Below, one piece after another: positions 45,170 through 58,805 of a stretch of 63,923 nucleotides of DNA. Below the pieces are notes generated by a model. It was given only the letters and a program-made list of their open reading frames with translations, was not told where the DNA came from and ran no database searches. This DNA comes from Elsinoe ampelina (lineage: Eukaryota): positions 975,196 through 1,039,118 of the forward strand of contig ML992506.1 in NCBI GenBank assembly GCA_010093995.1, in the 5' to 3' direction. Both the position numbers and the translations under genes were made by a program. Each line of letters begins with the position of its first letter. The first letter of the stretch is position 1.

Positions 45170-48100
45170 TACTATTATTCGTAGCGGAGTAAAGTAAACT
45201 AGTAAGTTATTTAGCGTCGGCGAACTATGTTGTACATTACTAGTAATACTACCTCGTTAGCCTTTATTAGATAGTAAGTACTCTCTCTTATTAAACAAGC
45301 AAGGATTATTACTAGCGTTGTCTCTATATAGATGTCTATCGCTACGTTACTCTAGTAAGACTTATACTATGTTACTTATTAGTAGCTCTCTTCTCTAGCA
45401 ATATAGTAGATATTAGACAAGGCCTCTACTAGATTATATAATCTTCCTATAGGCCGAGCATTTACTAATTTGCCTTAGTATATCTATGTTTGTTACTTAA
45501 GATCTAAATTCGTAGTTAGAGTTAGCTAGCTAAATTTTAGTAATAGTAGGAAGTAGAAAACGTTTAGATACTACATTATATTAGGTAACCTAAAAGATAG
45601 TTTAATATGCACGGGGAACTAAATTAGTCCGCTAAACTAAAGAATTATATTTTTAAGTAATATAGTTAGACTATTATCTAGTAATCTTAATTATTATCTA
45701 TAACAATTGTGTTCTTCTTTGCTATAGCTTATTAAAGTTTCTAGATCTTTACTTTCTACTTCTCTATTTCCTTGTAGATAACCTTCTATATTATTAATAG
45801 CCTACCCTGTCTACTATTAAGCTATTCTAGAGGCCTATAGAACGGAGCTATTAGCTTTATTATAAACGCCTCTATATAGTTAAATTTCTAAGACTTAATG
45901 TTCCTATAGACCTAAGCTAGACACTAAAGGATAGATTATAATACTAACGCTATATTAAGTAAGATTATAGTATCGAAGCAGTTTAGATTAAGACTAGTCT
46001 TAATAGCTCTACCCTAGGCAATTAAGATCCTTAAGCCTTTTAGCCTATTAGGTTCGATAAATGTATTGTTAGATATAGCTATATTAATAATGTTTATATA
46101 GGTAGGTATAGATGTTATTCTATAGTAGACAATAACTATATTAGCATCCTTATCGATCCTAATTGCTTTACTGTCTAGGTGCTTCTCGAGCTATTTTAGA
46201 TACTATACCCTTATTAGTAATAACCTAAATAGACTAAATAGACTAAACTAACTATTGTAGCAACTACTAGTACTAATAGTATAAACGTATAGATAATTAC
46301 TTACCTCTTTAGCTCCTTCGAATAGGAGATATTCTACTTAATAATCTTAGAAATAACACTATAAAGGACCTTTATCTAAGGACTAGTATAGATCTTGTCT
46401 ATGTACTACTATAGCACTATCTCCGAGGGGTTATATATAATTTCGTAGGCAAACTTAATAGTAAAGTCGCTAAACTCTTCTATAACTATAGAATTGTCCT
46501 AGAATATATCTATAAGAGCGAAGAATATAGAGAAAAGTAGTAGCGGCGCGACTAGGCTTAGTATTTACTTCTTAGTCTTCTTATTAAGGATTATCTCTAA
46601 TGTTACTTCGGGCTTATCGGATTTGTCCTTTTACCTATCGATTACCTCTTATATACTCTTATCTATATCTCGTTTAATTTTCTTCTATGTATTTATAAGA
46701 CTATAAAGATACTTATTCTCGATAGTAATCTCTAGGTCGAAGATAGAATACAGTAGAACTCTAATAGCTAGTAGACTAGGAGTAGTATCGAAAGGTTTCT
46801 AGATATAGTCTACGTTTATCTTAATAAGAATGTTCGTAAGGATAGTACTCTATTTGCTAACTGTTACTATAATCTCTTCTATAAACTATATACTTCTCTT
46901 TTTATTAAACTTACTAGAGTTGTTGTTTGCCTTATACTATTTGTCAATTACGAAGGCATAGTCTAATACTATTTAAAAGTTAAGCTTATTAGCGATAGCT
47001 TGTTAAGTCTTATCTAGTATTGTCTTTAGTATTACTTAACGTTTATTGTCCTTAGCCTTAGTTAGCTCCTACTTAGATTTATAGATGTAGTTCTTGTTAA
47101 ATTCTCCTATTCTACTTCTATTTGCATTAAGCTTTTCTAATTTAAAGTCCTTATATATAGCCGCTATTAAGAATGCTACTACGTTTAAGTACTTAATAAA
47201 TAGTATCCCGCTTATGCCTAGTATAAAAGGCCTCCCCGGTAGTATTCCTAGACAAAACTAGGTCTACGTCTTCTAGCTAGTAACCTAATAGAACTTATTA
47301 AAGATAATAGCGGTCTAGTTTATAGGCGTAGACCCTAGCTTTCTTTCTTGTCCCTTAGGAACAAAGTTCTAATCCTTAGCGTTTATATTATTCTTACTAA
47401 GGAAGTAGTAGATTATAGTGTCGTAAGTAGTAAAGAAGAACTAATTATTCATCTATAAGGTCTAGGGGTGTTACTTATATATATTAACTAGTTATAAGAC
47501 TATAATAGTGTCGATAGGCTTACTAGACTTATTTATTAGCTAAGACTCCTATTAGCGGTAGCCTATAGGTAGATTCTCTTTGCAAATTAAAGTATCTATA
47601 TTATATACGTTGCTATACTTATCTTCTCGTATAGCTTAGAATATTCTTCCCTAGTATAGAACGACCTTTATATTAGGTATAAACTTCTATATCTCCTACG
47701 CTTACTATTTTATTATATTTAATCCGCTAACAATTAGATTATAGCTAATAGTATCCGTAGAAGCGATATCTAGCTATAGCTTATTAACTAGTGTCTTTAC
47801 CTTCCGGTACTTACTCTACTTGTCCTTAGGTATAGTAGCATAGTTAGTATTCTAGATAACCTTTTTATTTAAGTTCTAAATTAGTAAGAGAAAGAAGAGT
47901 TCTATTAGAGTCTTTCTAAATTCTATCTTATATATAAACATAAATACTAGGTAGCCTTTAAGGTATTTCTTAAGTATAATAAGCGCTAAGTATATCTATG
48001 CTACCTCGACTAGATACTTCTTATTTTAACTAAAACACTATACACTAGCGTTTAGTAAGTAGATGTCTTTCTTAAAGCCTATAAAGTTATAAACTCTCTC

Positions 48101-49850
48101 CTAGAACTCTTTAGACTAGTAATTAATTCTAGTGCCTATAGGGATAAAGCTTTAGTTAGCTAGATTATTACTAGTTTACTTGTTATTATTGTTATTTATA
48201 GTATAAAGTTTAACGAAGTTCGAGCTACTAAGAGTCTTATTAAATATACAAGTTGTAAGCGCTAGAATAGGTATAGATAGCGTCTTAGGGACTAACGGAA
48301 TATAGTACCTTACTTACTCCTTACTAGGTATAATTATAAAGAAATACTAATTACTGTCTCGGTATTACTTATAGTATTTGTCTTCTGTTACTCGAGTAGG
48401 ATAATAGTCAATAGTAGTATTATTCTCGTTAGGCAGTAGAGAGCTAGGTTACTTCTTAGAGGTAGATTTACGTAGTAGTAGATACTTAGCTAGAGATAGA
48501 GAGGCTAGAGGTTCCTCTTTCTCTTCCTCCTAGACTAGAGTTGATAGCTTCTAACTATTACAATACTAAAGAGAGTTAACTAAGTATATTAGTATACACC
48601 TAAGTCGAACTAAGTGTTAAACTTATAAAGTACTTCTTCGGGGAGCTTCTTAACTAGATCTATACTAGGCGTAAGATAGACAAAGATTATATTACTACCT
48701 TTAACTAGGGAGTTAATATAGTTAATTATAGCAGTATATAGGTCGTAGTTATCTAAGATAGGTAGGATGTTATATAGCTCTATATAATTTATCTATATAA
48801 GGATAATATTATTACTAACTAACTTCTTCTCCTTTAGGAATAGCCTAATGTTATTAAGGCTATATTTATTCGAATTATAATTCTCTAGATGTGACCTTAA
48901 AATTCTTAGACTAAATACCTATAGACGACACAAATATCCTCTCTTTATAATTATACCTAGGCTAATGTCTAATTACTTAACAATTATAAAGTTAATAATA
49001 GTTTTATTAATAATGCTCTAGACTAAACGAGACATGTCCTCTAGTATTTACTACTAATATATAAGCTAACTAGTATAGTAATTAATATCTATACCTATAA
49101 GTCCGCTACTAAGTATAGAAGTCTCTAATCTTTTAGAGAGTCTACTATTAAACTAGATAGCAGAGAGGCGCTTTCTAATATGCTTCTTAGGATAAGCCTT
49201 CTTATCTACTTTAGTCTAATTCTTCTTATTTCTAAGCTCTTACGCCTTAATAGTAAGGATAAAATCTTTAATAATATTATAACTAGATATATCGTTATAG
49301 TTTCTAATATTCCTCTTAAACTAGTCTTAGTCTTAATAGTATAGTCTTTAAAAGAAGATCTTCGTATAGTTATCCTAAGAGTATTATAGAGAAGTTTTAA
49401 TATTATTTATAATTATAGTTATATTAACGTTACTATCCTAAGGTTCCTTATATTTAAGTCCTAGAACTATATAGGTATTCTTATATTCTTCCTACGCTCT
49501 TATATATATAGCGGCGTACTAGTTGTTATTCTAGTTAAAGAATTTAAGGAAGAATCTCTTAATCTTAAGGTTTTTATTAAGCTATACTTAAATTTCTATA
49601 GGAGGTCTTTCGTAAAGTAGAATGTTATTAGTAGCTATACTAGCGCTATTAGGCTAATTCTTAGACATATTATATATGTCTATAAGCTTAGTATATGCTA
49701 CAAATAAAGCTTAGAATAATATCTAGTAAATAGGTTAAGTAGGTATAGTAGATGTTAAAGAAGAGATTCTATAAAGGTGTTACGTATTTATAAGTTTAAA
49801 AGAATTAAGGAGAGAATTTATTAACGTAGTAGGTCTATATACTTCGTGAT
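45170..49850 (-). pseudogene. SNF2-like superfamily-2 helicase/ATPase, copy 1, RIP-mutated
   Basis: De-RIPed motif I LCLHEMGFGKT (~47908-47945), motif Ia LIVxG..QWAQEIRKFxPDxKVVLYQG (~47650-47740), TTYD, motif II WTAIIFDEFH (~47288-47320), motif III GMSGTP (~47200-47220), and HELICc RILIA..AIKTGLNL..D..ILLD....Q.LARVHR (~45905-46035). Boundaries are approximate. Confidence 0.8.
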
Positions 49851-50591
49851 ATATGCCTAACTAAGACTTAACTAAAGAGGAGATATTTAAGTAAAGAGCG
49901 CTTAAAAGAGAGATTAAAGAGGTTAAAGAAATACTAGAGAGCTATATAAGTTATTTGTTTATATATAAGAGAGTATAAATAAAAGTAAACTAAAGCAATT
50001 AAGGAGAGAAGTAACCTAAATTTAGTTAACTTAGGTTAGGCCCTAAACTAAGCACGTAGTAGTATACTAGATATAGCATATATATAATAGTAAATTACTT
50101 AGTTTAGACACTAAACTAAGAGTAACTATAGTCTATATACTTAGTTACCTTTTATTTTACATGCTATATATACTAAGGATACTATTGTTATATTTAGGGT
50201 AGATCTTAAGGAATAATAGTCTAATAAATAGAGGGAATATAGTAGTAGTTAATGTAAAATAATTAAACAATATTTTAATAGCGAAACTAGTATTTGTATA
50301 TAAAGGACAATAGTAATAGAACATAAATAGAAGGTAGTTAGTAGCCTATAGCGGAATAAAGAGTATAGTATGTATAGCGTATAGTATAGCTTATAGATGC
50401 TAGTAAAGGAACAAAGAAAGTAATATACTACTATCTAATTATCTAGACTTTATAATTGCTATATACGGAATTAAGTAGCAGAGTAAAGTAAAGGCTATAC
50501 ATTCCGTAGAACGGGCAGTTAATAGTATATTCTACATAATTATAAATACGCTTTATTCCTCGCCTAGCCCTGCTAGGAAGGCAATAGCAAG

Positions 50592-51368
50592 AGAGAATAC
50601 TACTAGTATAGCTCTACCTATAATGCTCTCTATAGTAAGCTACTATCTAGTAGGAGGTAGTAGATATATCTTTACCTATAATATTCCTCCGTCTCTTCCT
50701 CTTTGTTATACTAGTTATTCCTCTATAATTCTCCCCTTAATATCTTTATACTATAAGGCAAGTAATCCCTAGTAGACGCTAGCTTCTCTACTCTCTTTAT
50801 ATACGCTAGAACTCCTAGTAGTACTATCTATAAGATTAAGAGATACTCCGTAATAGATTTACTTAGTCGTAGCTACTAGGTAGAGACAGTAGCTAGTCCT
50901 ACTAATAATACGTAGCTAGTATAAAGGAAGCTATAGAGGGCAGTAGTAGCGGAGAAAGAGAAAGAGGTATTAGAGTCTCCTTACGCACCCTTAAGCCTAT
51001 AGCGGCATAGTAGGCAAGATAGAGAGGTATACTATAATAGATTTGCTCTAGCGTAACTACTAGGTACTAGTAGTAGTTAATTCTATAAATACGACATAGC
51101 TAGTATAGAGGATACTATTAGAAGTAGTAGTAATAGTAAGGTAGGAGTAAATGTTAGAGTCGCTATTATATATATAGTAATAGATAATTGTAGTGTACTA
51201 GGCGGGGGATCCGCTATAATAGATAGCTAGCTATTATCGAGGTTAGATAGAGAGGAGAGAAAAGGTTATACTAGGGATATTAACGCCTACGTTTAGGTTA
51301 GTATAAGCGGAAGGCGTAAACTAAGACGTTATAGTAAATTATATCTACAATGTAGTTATGTTACTATA
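50592..51368. repeat. Direct repeat block B (copy 1; copy 2 at 57763-58540)
   Basis: ~780 bp colinear with 57763-58540 at an offset of ~7171; differences are almost all C/T and G/A. Confidence 0.93.
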
Positions 51369-51493
51369 AACAGAGTTTATAACGCGTTTATAATGCTATA
51401 AAGATTATAAGTCTCTAAACATATAATACTTAACTTTAGAGAAGAACATAATTAGATAGTATTACATAATTAAGTTTCGAGGAGTGCTTAATC

Positions 51494-51693
51494 TAGTTAG
51501 GTCGAAATTTTAGATCATCCTTAAACTTCGAGAGAGAGGACTAAGACATTATTAGTTTAACGTAATAAACTACTAGCTGTCCTCTACCGGCCGTAGTTAG
51601 GTCGAAATTTTAGATTATCTTTAAACTTCGAGAGAGAGAACTAAGAAATTATTAGTTCGACGTAATAAACTACTAGCCGTCCCCTGCCGGCTG
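51494..51693 (+). repeat. 100-bp tandem duplication
   Basis: Two units starting TAGTTAGGTCGAAATTTTAGAT at 51494 and 51594, located between the two helicase units. Confidence 0.9.
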
Positions 51694-52070
51694 CCCTCTA
51701 CTACTGCTATATATAACATACTAGAGATAGAGTAAAGCGACGATTTACACTACTAAATTTAAGTCGAGTAAGCTTCCTACTAGTAAACACTATTTTGCTA
51801 TTAGTTAGACTACTATAGCCTTTACGTATGTAACTTAGACATATCTTTAGTACTCTTACGTAGGTAGAAGTAGATTTATTAGAACATTATATAGAGGCTA
51901 ATAGTCCGCGGCGAGTGTATCCTACTAGAAGGCGCTTCTACTATAACGACCTAACTCGAATTAAAATTATCTATCTAAGTTAGTAGCTTGCCTTTTATTA
52001 AACGTTAGAGCGCCGAGCCGAGGGTCCCTAGCTAAGCTATATCTTATTAATCGCTCGGGGCAAAGGATGT

Positions 52071-52496
52071 ATTATAGACTTAGGGAGATCTAGATAAGAT
52101 TAGTTAATATAAACTAAGGATAAACTATATCTATTACTAACTCCTCGCTACTAGCTAGTATACTAGTTACTATCTCGAACGTAGTATAATCGAATATAGC
52201 TCTACTAGATAAGGACAACCTCCTAGTACTCCGCCCTATAGATGTGCTACTAGTTGTACTTACTGTAATTACTTACTCTTTCTCGTGCGTGCTTTCTATT
52301 ATAACCTTGTCTATGCTCTTCTCTTCCTCGTGTACGTTGCTATTAAGCCTACTATTACTATTACTATCCGTTCTACGTGCTAAAGTTCGAGAGTTAAGGT
52401 TAGTAAAGAGACTAAGAGGATTATCTACTATACTATACTATATAGTAGGCAAAGGGGGAAGGACACCTTACGCTAGCTATAGGCTATCGTTTCTAC
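52071..52496. repeat. Direct repeat block A (copy 2)
   Basis: Colinear with 44719-45144. Confidence 0.92.
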
Positions 52497-52519
52497 CTTA
52501 TTACTTAGTTTAGTTCTTA

Positions 52520-55500
52520 TTTACTATAATTCGTAGTAGAGCTAATAGGACTAAGCTATTATATAGCGTCGGCGGACTAAAGCTAAAATTATATCTACGC
52601 TATAGTACTAGACATGTTAAGATAGAGTTTGCTCTAATATATCTAGGCGACAGAGTTTGTTAGCTGTTTCTTACTTAAGGACAATATTAAATACTATACT
52701 TAATTAGCTATTATCGCGCTATTGTCCTTAGTAGAGACTTTTATAGCAAGTATAAAATAGAGAGCGCTACGTAGGCATAATAATTTTAGCTAGTAAACGA
52801 TTTATAGCTCTTACTATCTCGTGTCTTAACTTGTCGCTAGTATTATAATAAGTTAGTTATAAATAGCCTCTACGAAAAAATAGTAATAGTAGTATACGAA
52901 GATGCCTCGGCTATATAATATTAGGTCGTTTATGCCTATAGTTAATCTATTAGAGGTAGTCGATTAGTTCGCTAAACTAAAACTAGTACTTTTTAGGTGA
53001 AAATTGTAGGCGTTCCCTTAACCGATCTTAATAAGGATAAACTAATAATTTACTATTACTCCTCTATTAGTTTAAATAACTACGCTTTTAGTTTGTCCGC
53101 TTTGCTATATTGTCTTATATAACCTTCTATATTATTATTAGTGTATCGTAGCTATAGTTAACTTACTTCTTTAGCTAATAGGATAGTATAGTTAGCTTAA
53201 GTGTAAATACTATTATTATATCTATACTAGCGAATGTTATATTCTCTAAGGCACTATCGGAAGTCTACTATAATAATTAGATCTATATACTAACTTCGTA
53301 TTAAGCGAAGTTACACTATTAAGGCGGAAGTACTAGTACTCTACTCGTTATAGGACTATATACTATTCCTAGTTACAAACTAACTAGTATAGCCTTCTCG
53401 AAGTAAGTTTACTTTAATATAGCTACTCTAATAATGCCTACGTAGCTTACTATAGACTTCTCTTTATAATCGACAATAACGACTTTAGTGCCCTTACTAA
53501 TCCTAATAGCTTAGCTATTCGGGATTCTCTTAAGTCTCGTAGATATAGCTCTCTTATTAGTAACAACCGAACTAGACTAACTAAGTCGAACTAACTACTA
53601 TAGCTACTACTAGCGCTATAGAGTTATACGTACGAATAATCCCTTACTACCTCTTAGTCTTCTAACTATAGGCTTTCTATTCTATAATCTTAGGGATAAT
53701 AATACAAAGGCCTTATATTTCTAATCTAGTATAGCGCTAGCTATATACTTATCTACTACTTCAGCTCGAAGTACAAAGTCTAAGGAGTGTCTATAGCCCT
53801 TACTATAATGTTAGTCGTTGTTATTGCTCTTCTTATACTAGTAGAGCGGCGGAGTAAATAAAGTAAGCTTATAATAACATCTAGTATAATTACCTCTAGG
53901 TTCCTTTTGCTTATCAAATATAGATATTATCCCGTGCTACTCTCTCCTATATAGCGTCTCTATAATTGTAGTTAAGGTATACTCCCCTATACGCGAAGCG
54001 ATTTATATATATAGTGCTACTAAAGAAATAAGATATCTATTCTTAATTAAAACTTTAGAGTCCTAGTTAAAAATATCTCGAACCTAATAAGACATAAAAG
54101 TAGGTATAGCTACTAAATGTTTTATAATTAGGTTAAGATACATGTTAAGAGGAATAAATAGAAGTCTAGCTATCTATATAGGGACTAATATAAAGATTTT
54201 AAACTAGAAACAAGAAGTAACTATTATATTTACGAAAAGGGGGCCGTAATAGGCTTTAACTATTCTTATATTACCTTTATATAGGCGAAGAGCTATCTCT
54301 TATTATATTATATAGCAATATTAAGTTAAATTATGTCTAGTTTATTCTCTCTTATTCTTTGTAATAGGTACGTCTTTGCCGCCTATAGATAGAGACTAGC
54401 TCTACTATATTAAAGCTGCCTTTATTAAGTAGTAGGTATCTAATTCCTTTCTCTTAGTATAATTAACCTTATATTAAATATTAAGCTTAATACTAAACCT
54501 ACGTATGTAGTTAGTAGAGCTATACTAATACCGAGTAGTAATTACCTAACAAGGAGAGGTATAAGATAGCTAGGCGTTATAGCGTTCCCTTAAAGAACTT
54601 ATTCGCTCTAATATAAAATAAGTTTATTTCTAGTTTTAGGCTAACCGAACTAACTTAAGTTTATACTTAGTTAAGAGGCGTAACCTAACCTAAAGCGTCT
54701 CTACTATTTATTAGGAGGTAGTAGCTAGAACTAATAATAGTTAGCGAGAATTCTTTATTAACTTCTAAGTATACTACGTATAAACCTCGCTAGTATATAA
54801 GGGTAAAGCCTAATAACTATATTAGTAGTGACGCCTATACGCTTCTTTATAGCACTATACTATTCTTATTTAATTTAGTTAACTCTAAGTTCGGTATAGA
54901 ACTAAAACTTGTACTATTACTTCTACTATAATAGGGGACAAGATCCTATCCCGCTAACTTGTTTTACTTATTATTAAACGCTCTAGTCTATTATATCTAT
55001 AGTAGTATCGCTTCGTTTCTATTGTTAATAATATTAAGAATATATTACTTTTTTAATACTAATATTAATCTCGTGTTAGTAGAAGTAAGTCGTTATCTTC
55101 TTAGACTTACTCTCTTTGCTCTAATATATTATAGCATACTAGGCGAGCTATAGGAAGTTACTAGTAACAAAGTAGAACTTAGGAGAGGTATTAGAGAGCT
55201 CCGAGAGATTATATTTATCTAGATAGATAGCCGGCCTTAGGTGTATAGTAGCTTATATAATATCCTTTAAGCTATTAAAGCAGTAGGAATATAGATAGCG
55301 CCTCGGCGGCATATACTATAGTCTAAATAGGCTATGTTCTTCTAGCGGGGGAGAAGGAGCTATATTCTTCTAAAACTATATAAAGTAAGACTATACCCCG
55401 AACTAAGTCGCTAGGTTAGTTAGAATCTGTCTAGCTATAGTTATAGGACTATTAAGCAAGTTTACTTCTAATAATAATAATAGAAATTATAGGATTTATA

Positions 55501-57000
55501 GGGGCTATAGTCTCTTAGGGGTAGAACGAGCTAAATAAAACTTTATTAGTTAAGAACTAAATAGTTTTATAAATAACATAATAGCAAATAAAATATAGTA
55601 GTATTACTACTCTTGCCTTTAGCAGTTTAGTTGCTATTACGGGTATTAAACGTTCTATATTATAATATTCTCTTTCTACTAATCTTCTTTACGCTTCTTA
55701 TTAGTATTAATGTCTATAAAGTAAAGCTTCTTAGGAGTAAAAAACACTTCCGAGTCCTCTTCTATAGTAGCCTCGGCTATAGGAAGTAGTTACTAGCTAC
55801 TATAATATTAATAAGAGTTATCTATAAGTGTTAGTATATATAGATAAATAGGGAAGAGGTAAACTTACTTTATATAAAGTCGAGAAGATCTTTAATAGAT
55901 GCTATAGAAGAAGCAAAATAGAGAAAGATCTTATAGGCACTAGGGATAAGAGTTGTAACATGCTCGGTAATAGTAGTATCTAGATCGAAAGAGTCTTTAA
56001 TAGCGAAGACTTATACGGAGTTATACGTGTTAAGCTAGTAGAGTTAGAGGTAATTACCTCTAATATTAAGGATCTACCTAAGCTTACTAATATAGTAATT
56101 AACATAACAATTCTTATCCTTGCTAGTACTAGGCTTTCTTAAGTTATAGACGCAAATATTCTTTCTTAATGTTAGATACGAGATAGTGTCTACTTTAATA
56201 ACCTCTATAATCTAGATCGTAGTAAATTCAATGTTAATTTAGACACGATTAGACACTAGCCCCTAGTTAAAGCTAAACATTCTATAATAAGGCTATATAT
56301 ACAAATCTAATCTCTTATCGCCTGTCTTTATACAAGTTGTACGTCTCTCTAAGGATAGTATTCTTACTTAGGAGAGTATTAGTATCTATATAGACGAGGT
56401 AGCTAAAGGATATAGACTCTAGGTGCCTCCTTTACCTAGCGATGTTATTCTTTCCCTTTTAACTAACGGGAGATTTACCCTTATTAATTATATAGTATTT
56501 TAGAATAATCGCTATATAGCTTTTATCTTGTTAATATTAACTATAGTCTATAAGTTCTCCTTAAACTAGTCTAGATCTTTCCGATCTAGTTAGTTAACGA
56601 AGAGCTAGAAATTGTTAGGCGTGCTATTTAGTAGCCTAGTTTTAATTTTAAGGCGTGCTTTAAGCACTTTAGAATTACGTAACTCGCTTCTATCTTGTTT
56701 CTTAATTTTAATATTAGATTCTATAAAGACTTTTAAGATTATTTTCTTTATTCTTGCGAACGTAGTAGAGTATTACTAGTTATCCTAATTAAAGAAGAAT
56801 TAGATAAATTTCTTATTAATATTGTTATTACAAAGCGTATTCTTAATAAGAGCTAGTATAAGGTTATTAAGTAGAATCTTTTTTATAGGTTTAGTAGCGA
56901 CCTTTAGCTTCTTTATCTTCGGTAGTATAGTACTATTATATGTATTTAATAAGTATAAGAATATCTACTAGTAAAGGCGTCGTATAAGGTAGGTAAGGTT
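52520..57000 (-). pseudogene. Highly diverged paralog of the SNF2-like gene (copy 2), RIP-mutated
   Basis: Colinear peptide-level similarity to copy 1 (PNSQAIGIGKGTKVVIV vs PDSKAIGIDKDANIVIV; shared aat aat ata gaa ggt tat = DDIEGY; a GTP motif near 54585). It has the same position between blocks B and A. Boundaries are approximate. Confidence 0.65.
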
Positions 57001-57762
57001 AGAGGGGTTAAGATTATATAGCTAGGAACTAAGCGTAGTAAGTTAAGCACTATAGAGCAAATAGCAGCAATTATAAATACCTACTACTTAGTATAATATT
57101 AAAATGCTACGCGGAAAGTAGGTAGTAACTTCTTAAATATAATAAAATTTGTATTTAAGATAGTATACTAAAGTAAGTAGTATACTTATAACTAAGATCT
57201 AGTTCGGGCCTCGACCTAAAAGTAAACTAGATTAACTAAGTCTATATTTCGCACGTGCTAATAGTAACACGTAATAATTACTAATATTAGGTTAATACTA
57301 GAACTAAAAGTAAATAAGTTAGTTTACTACTAACAAATATTATAGGGCGTAAATTAGGTAAGCAAACAAAACGTAGCTATCGGAGAATATTATAAGTGCT
57401 AATTATTGTAGAAAATTAGTGTTAAAGCAATTAACTATACTAAACACTTATATGTTAGTACTATATACAAAGTTATATATACTTCGAATAGCTAGTAGAC
57501 TATTTAACAAAGAGTATTATCGTATAAAGCAATAACCTTAATATCTTTATAGTAGATAGAAGACAAGATAAATAACAAGAAATAAAGAAAGATATATAGT
57601 ATACTTATATATATTAAATAAGGAGATTTTATTTACTAGTTAGAGGAGAGAGATTAAAGCGATAGGTATATAATCTATATAGAAAGAAGTGTATTACTAA
57701 CGCGAGGAAGTTATAACAAAGTACTACTAATAACGAAACTCTACTATAAAAGCAATTATAAA

Positions 57763-58540
57763 AGAGAATACTACTAATATAGCTCCGCCTATAACGCTCT
57801 CTATAGTAAGCTACTATCTAGTAGGAGGTAGTAGATGTATCTTTACCTACGATATTCCTCTATCTCTTTCTCTTTATTATACTAGTTATTCCTTTACAAT
57901 TCTCCCCTTAATATTCTTATACTATAAGGTAGATAATTCCTAGTAGACGCTAGCTTCTCTACTCTCTTCGCGTACGCTAGAACCCCTAGTAGCGCTATCT
58001 ATAAGATCAAGAGATACTCCGCGATAGATTTGCTTAGTTATAGCTACTAGGTAAAGATAGTAGCTAGTCCTACTAATAATACGTAGCTAGTATAAAGGAA
58101 GCTATAGAGGGCAGCAGTAGCGGAGAGAGAGAAAAAGGTGTCGGAGTCTCCTTATACACCCTTAAGCCTATAGCGGCGTAGTAGGTAAGATAGAGAGGTA
58201 TACTATAATAGATTTGCTCTAGCGTAACTACTAGGTACTAGCAGTAGTTAATTCTACAAACATAATATAGCTAGTATAGAGAAAACTATTAGAAGTAGCA
58301 GCGACGGCAAGGCAAAAGTAAATATTAGAGTTGCTATAGTATATATAACAATTGATAATTATAGTGTACTAGGCGCAGAAATCCGCTATAATAGATAGCT
58401 AGCTATTATTAAGGTCGGATAGAGAGAAGAGAAAAGGTTACACCGGGGACGCTAACATCTATATTTAGGTTAGTATAAGTAGAGAGTACAAACTAAGGCG
58501 TTATTACGAATTGTATTTATAATGTAGTTATATCGCTATA
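57763..58540. repeat. Direct repeat block B (copy 2)
   Basis: Colinear with 50592-51368. Confidence 0.93.
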
Positions 58541-58805
58541 TAATAAGTATACGACAAAACTAAGAGGAGATAAAGTTTAGCGTATTAAACTTTATAGTTC
58601 TATAAGTGTTAGTTTAGACTAACTAATTATAACTAAGCATAATTCTAGTATGCCTCTCTCGTAAGTAAACTAAGATCTAAGGCTTATCTATCGTAAGTAA
58701 CACTCGCACCGAATTACTACCTATACTACTGCTCTCTTACCTCTATCTCTCTCTTCTCTTCTCCTCTCTATAGCTACACCTATATCTACTTCTTATTAAC
58801 TAGCG

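Noticed and set aside
40873..55153. Short Leu/Ile/Tyr-rich ORFs listed in the AT-rich block (40873, 40941, 44937, 52244, 54959)
   Set aside because: RIP artefacts, mostly antisense to the original reading frames; the hydrophobicity reflects AT bias.
45170..57000. Helitron, Academ or telomere-linked RecQ helicase
   Set aside because: The motifs (EMGxGKT, QWxxEI, TTY, DEFH, SGTP, GLNL, RxHR) fit SNF2 rather than PIF1 or RecQ, and no Rep domain or telomeric repeats are seen.
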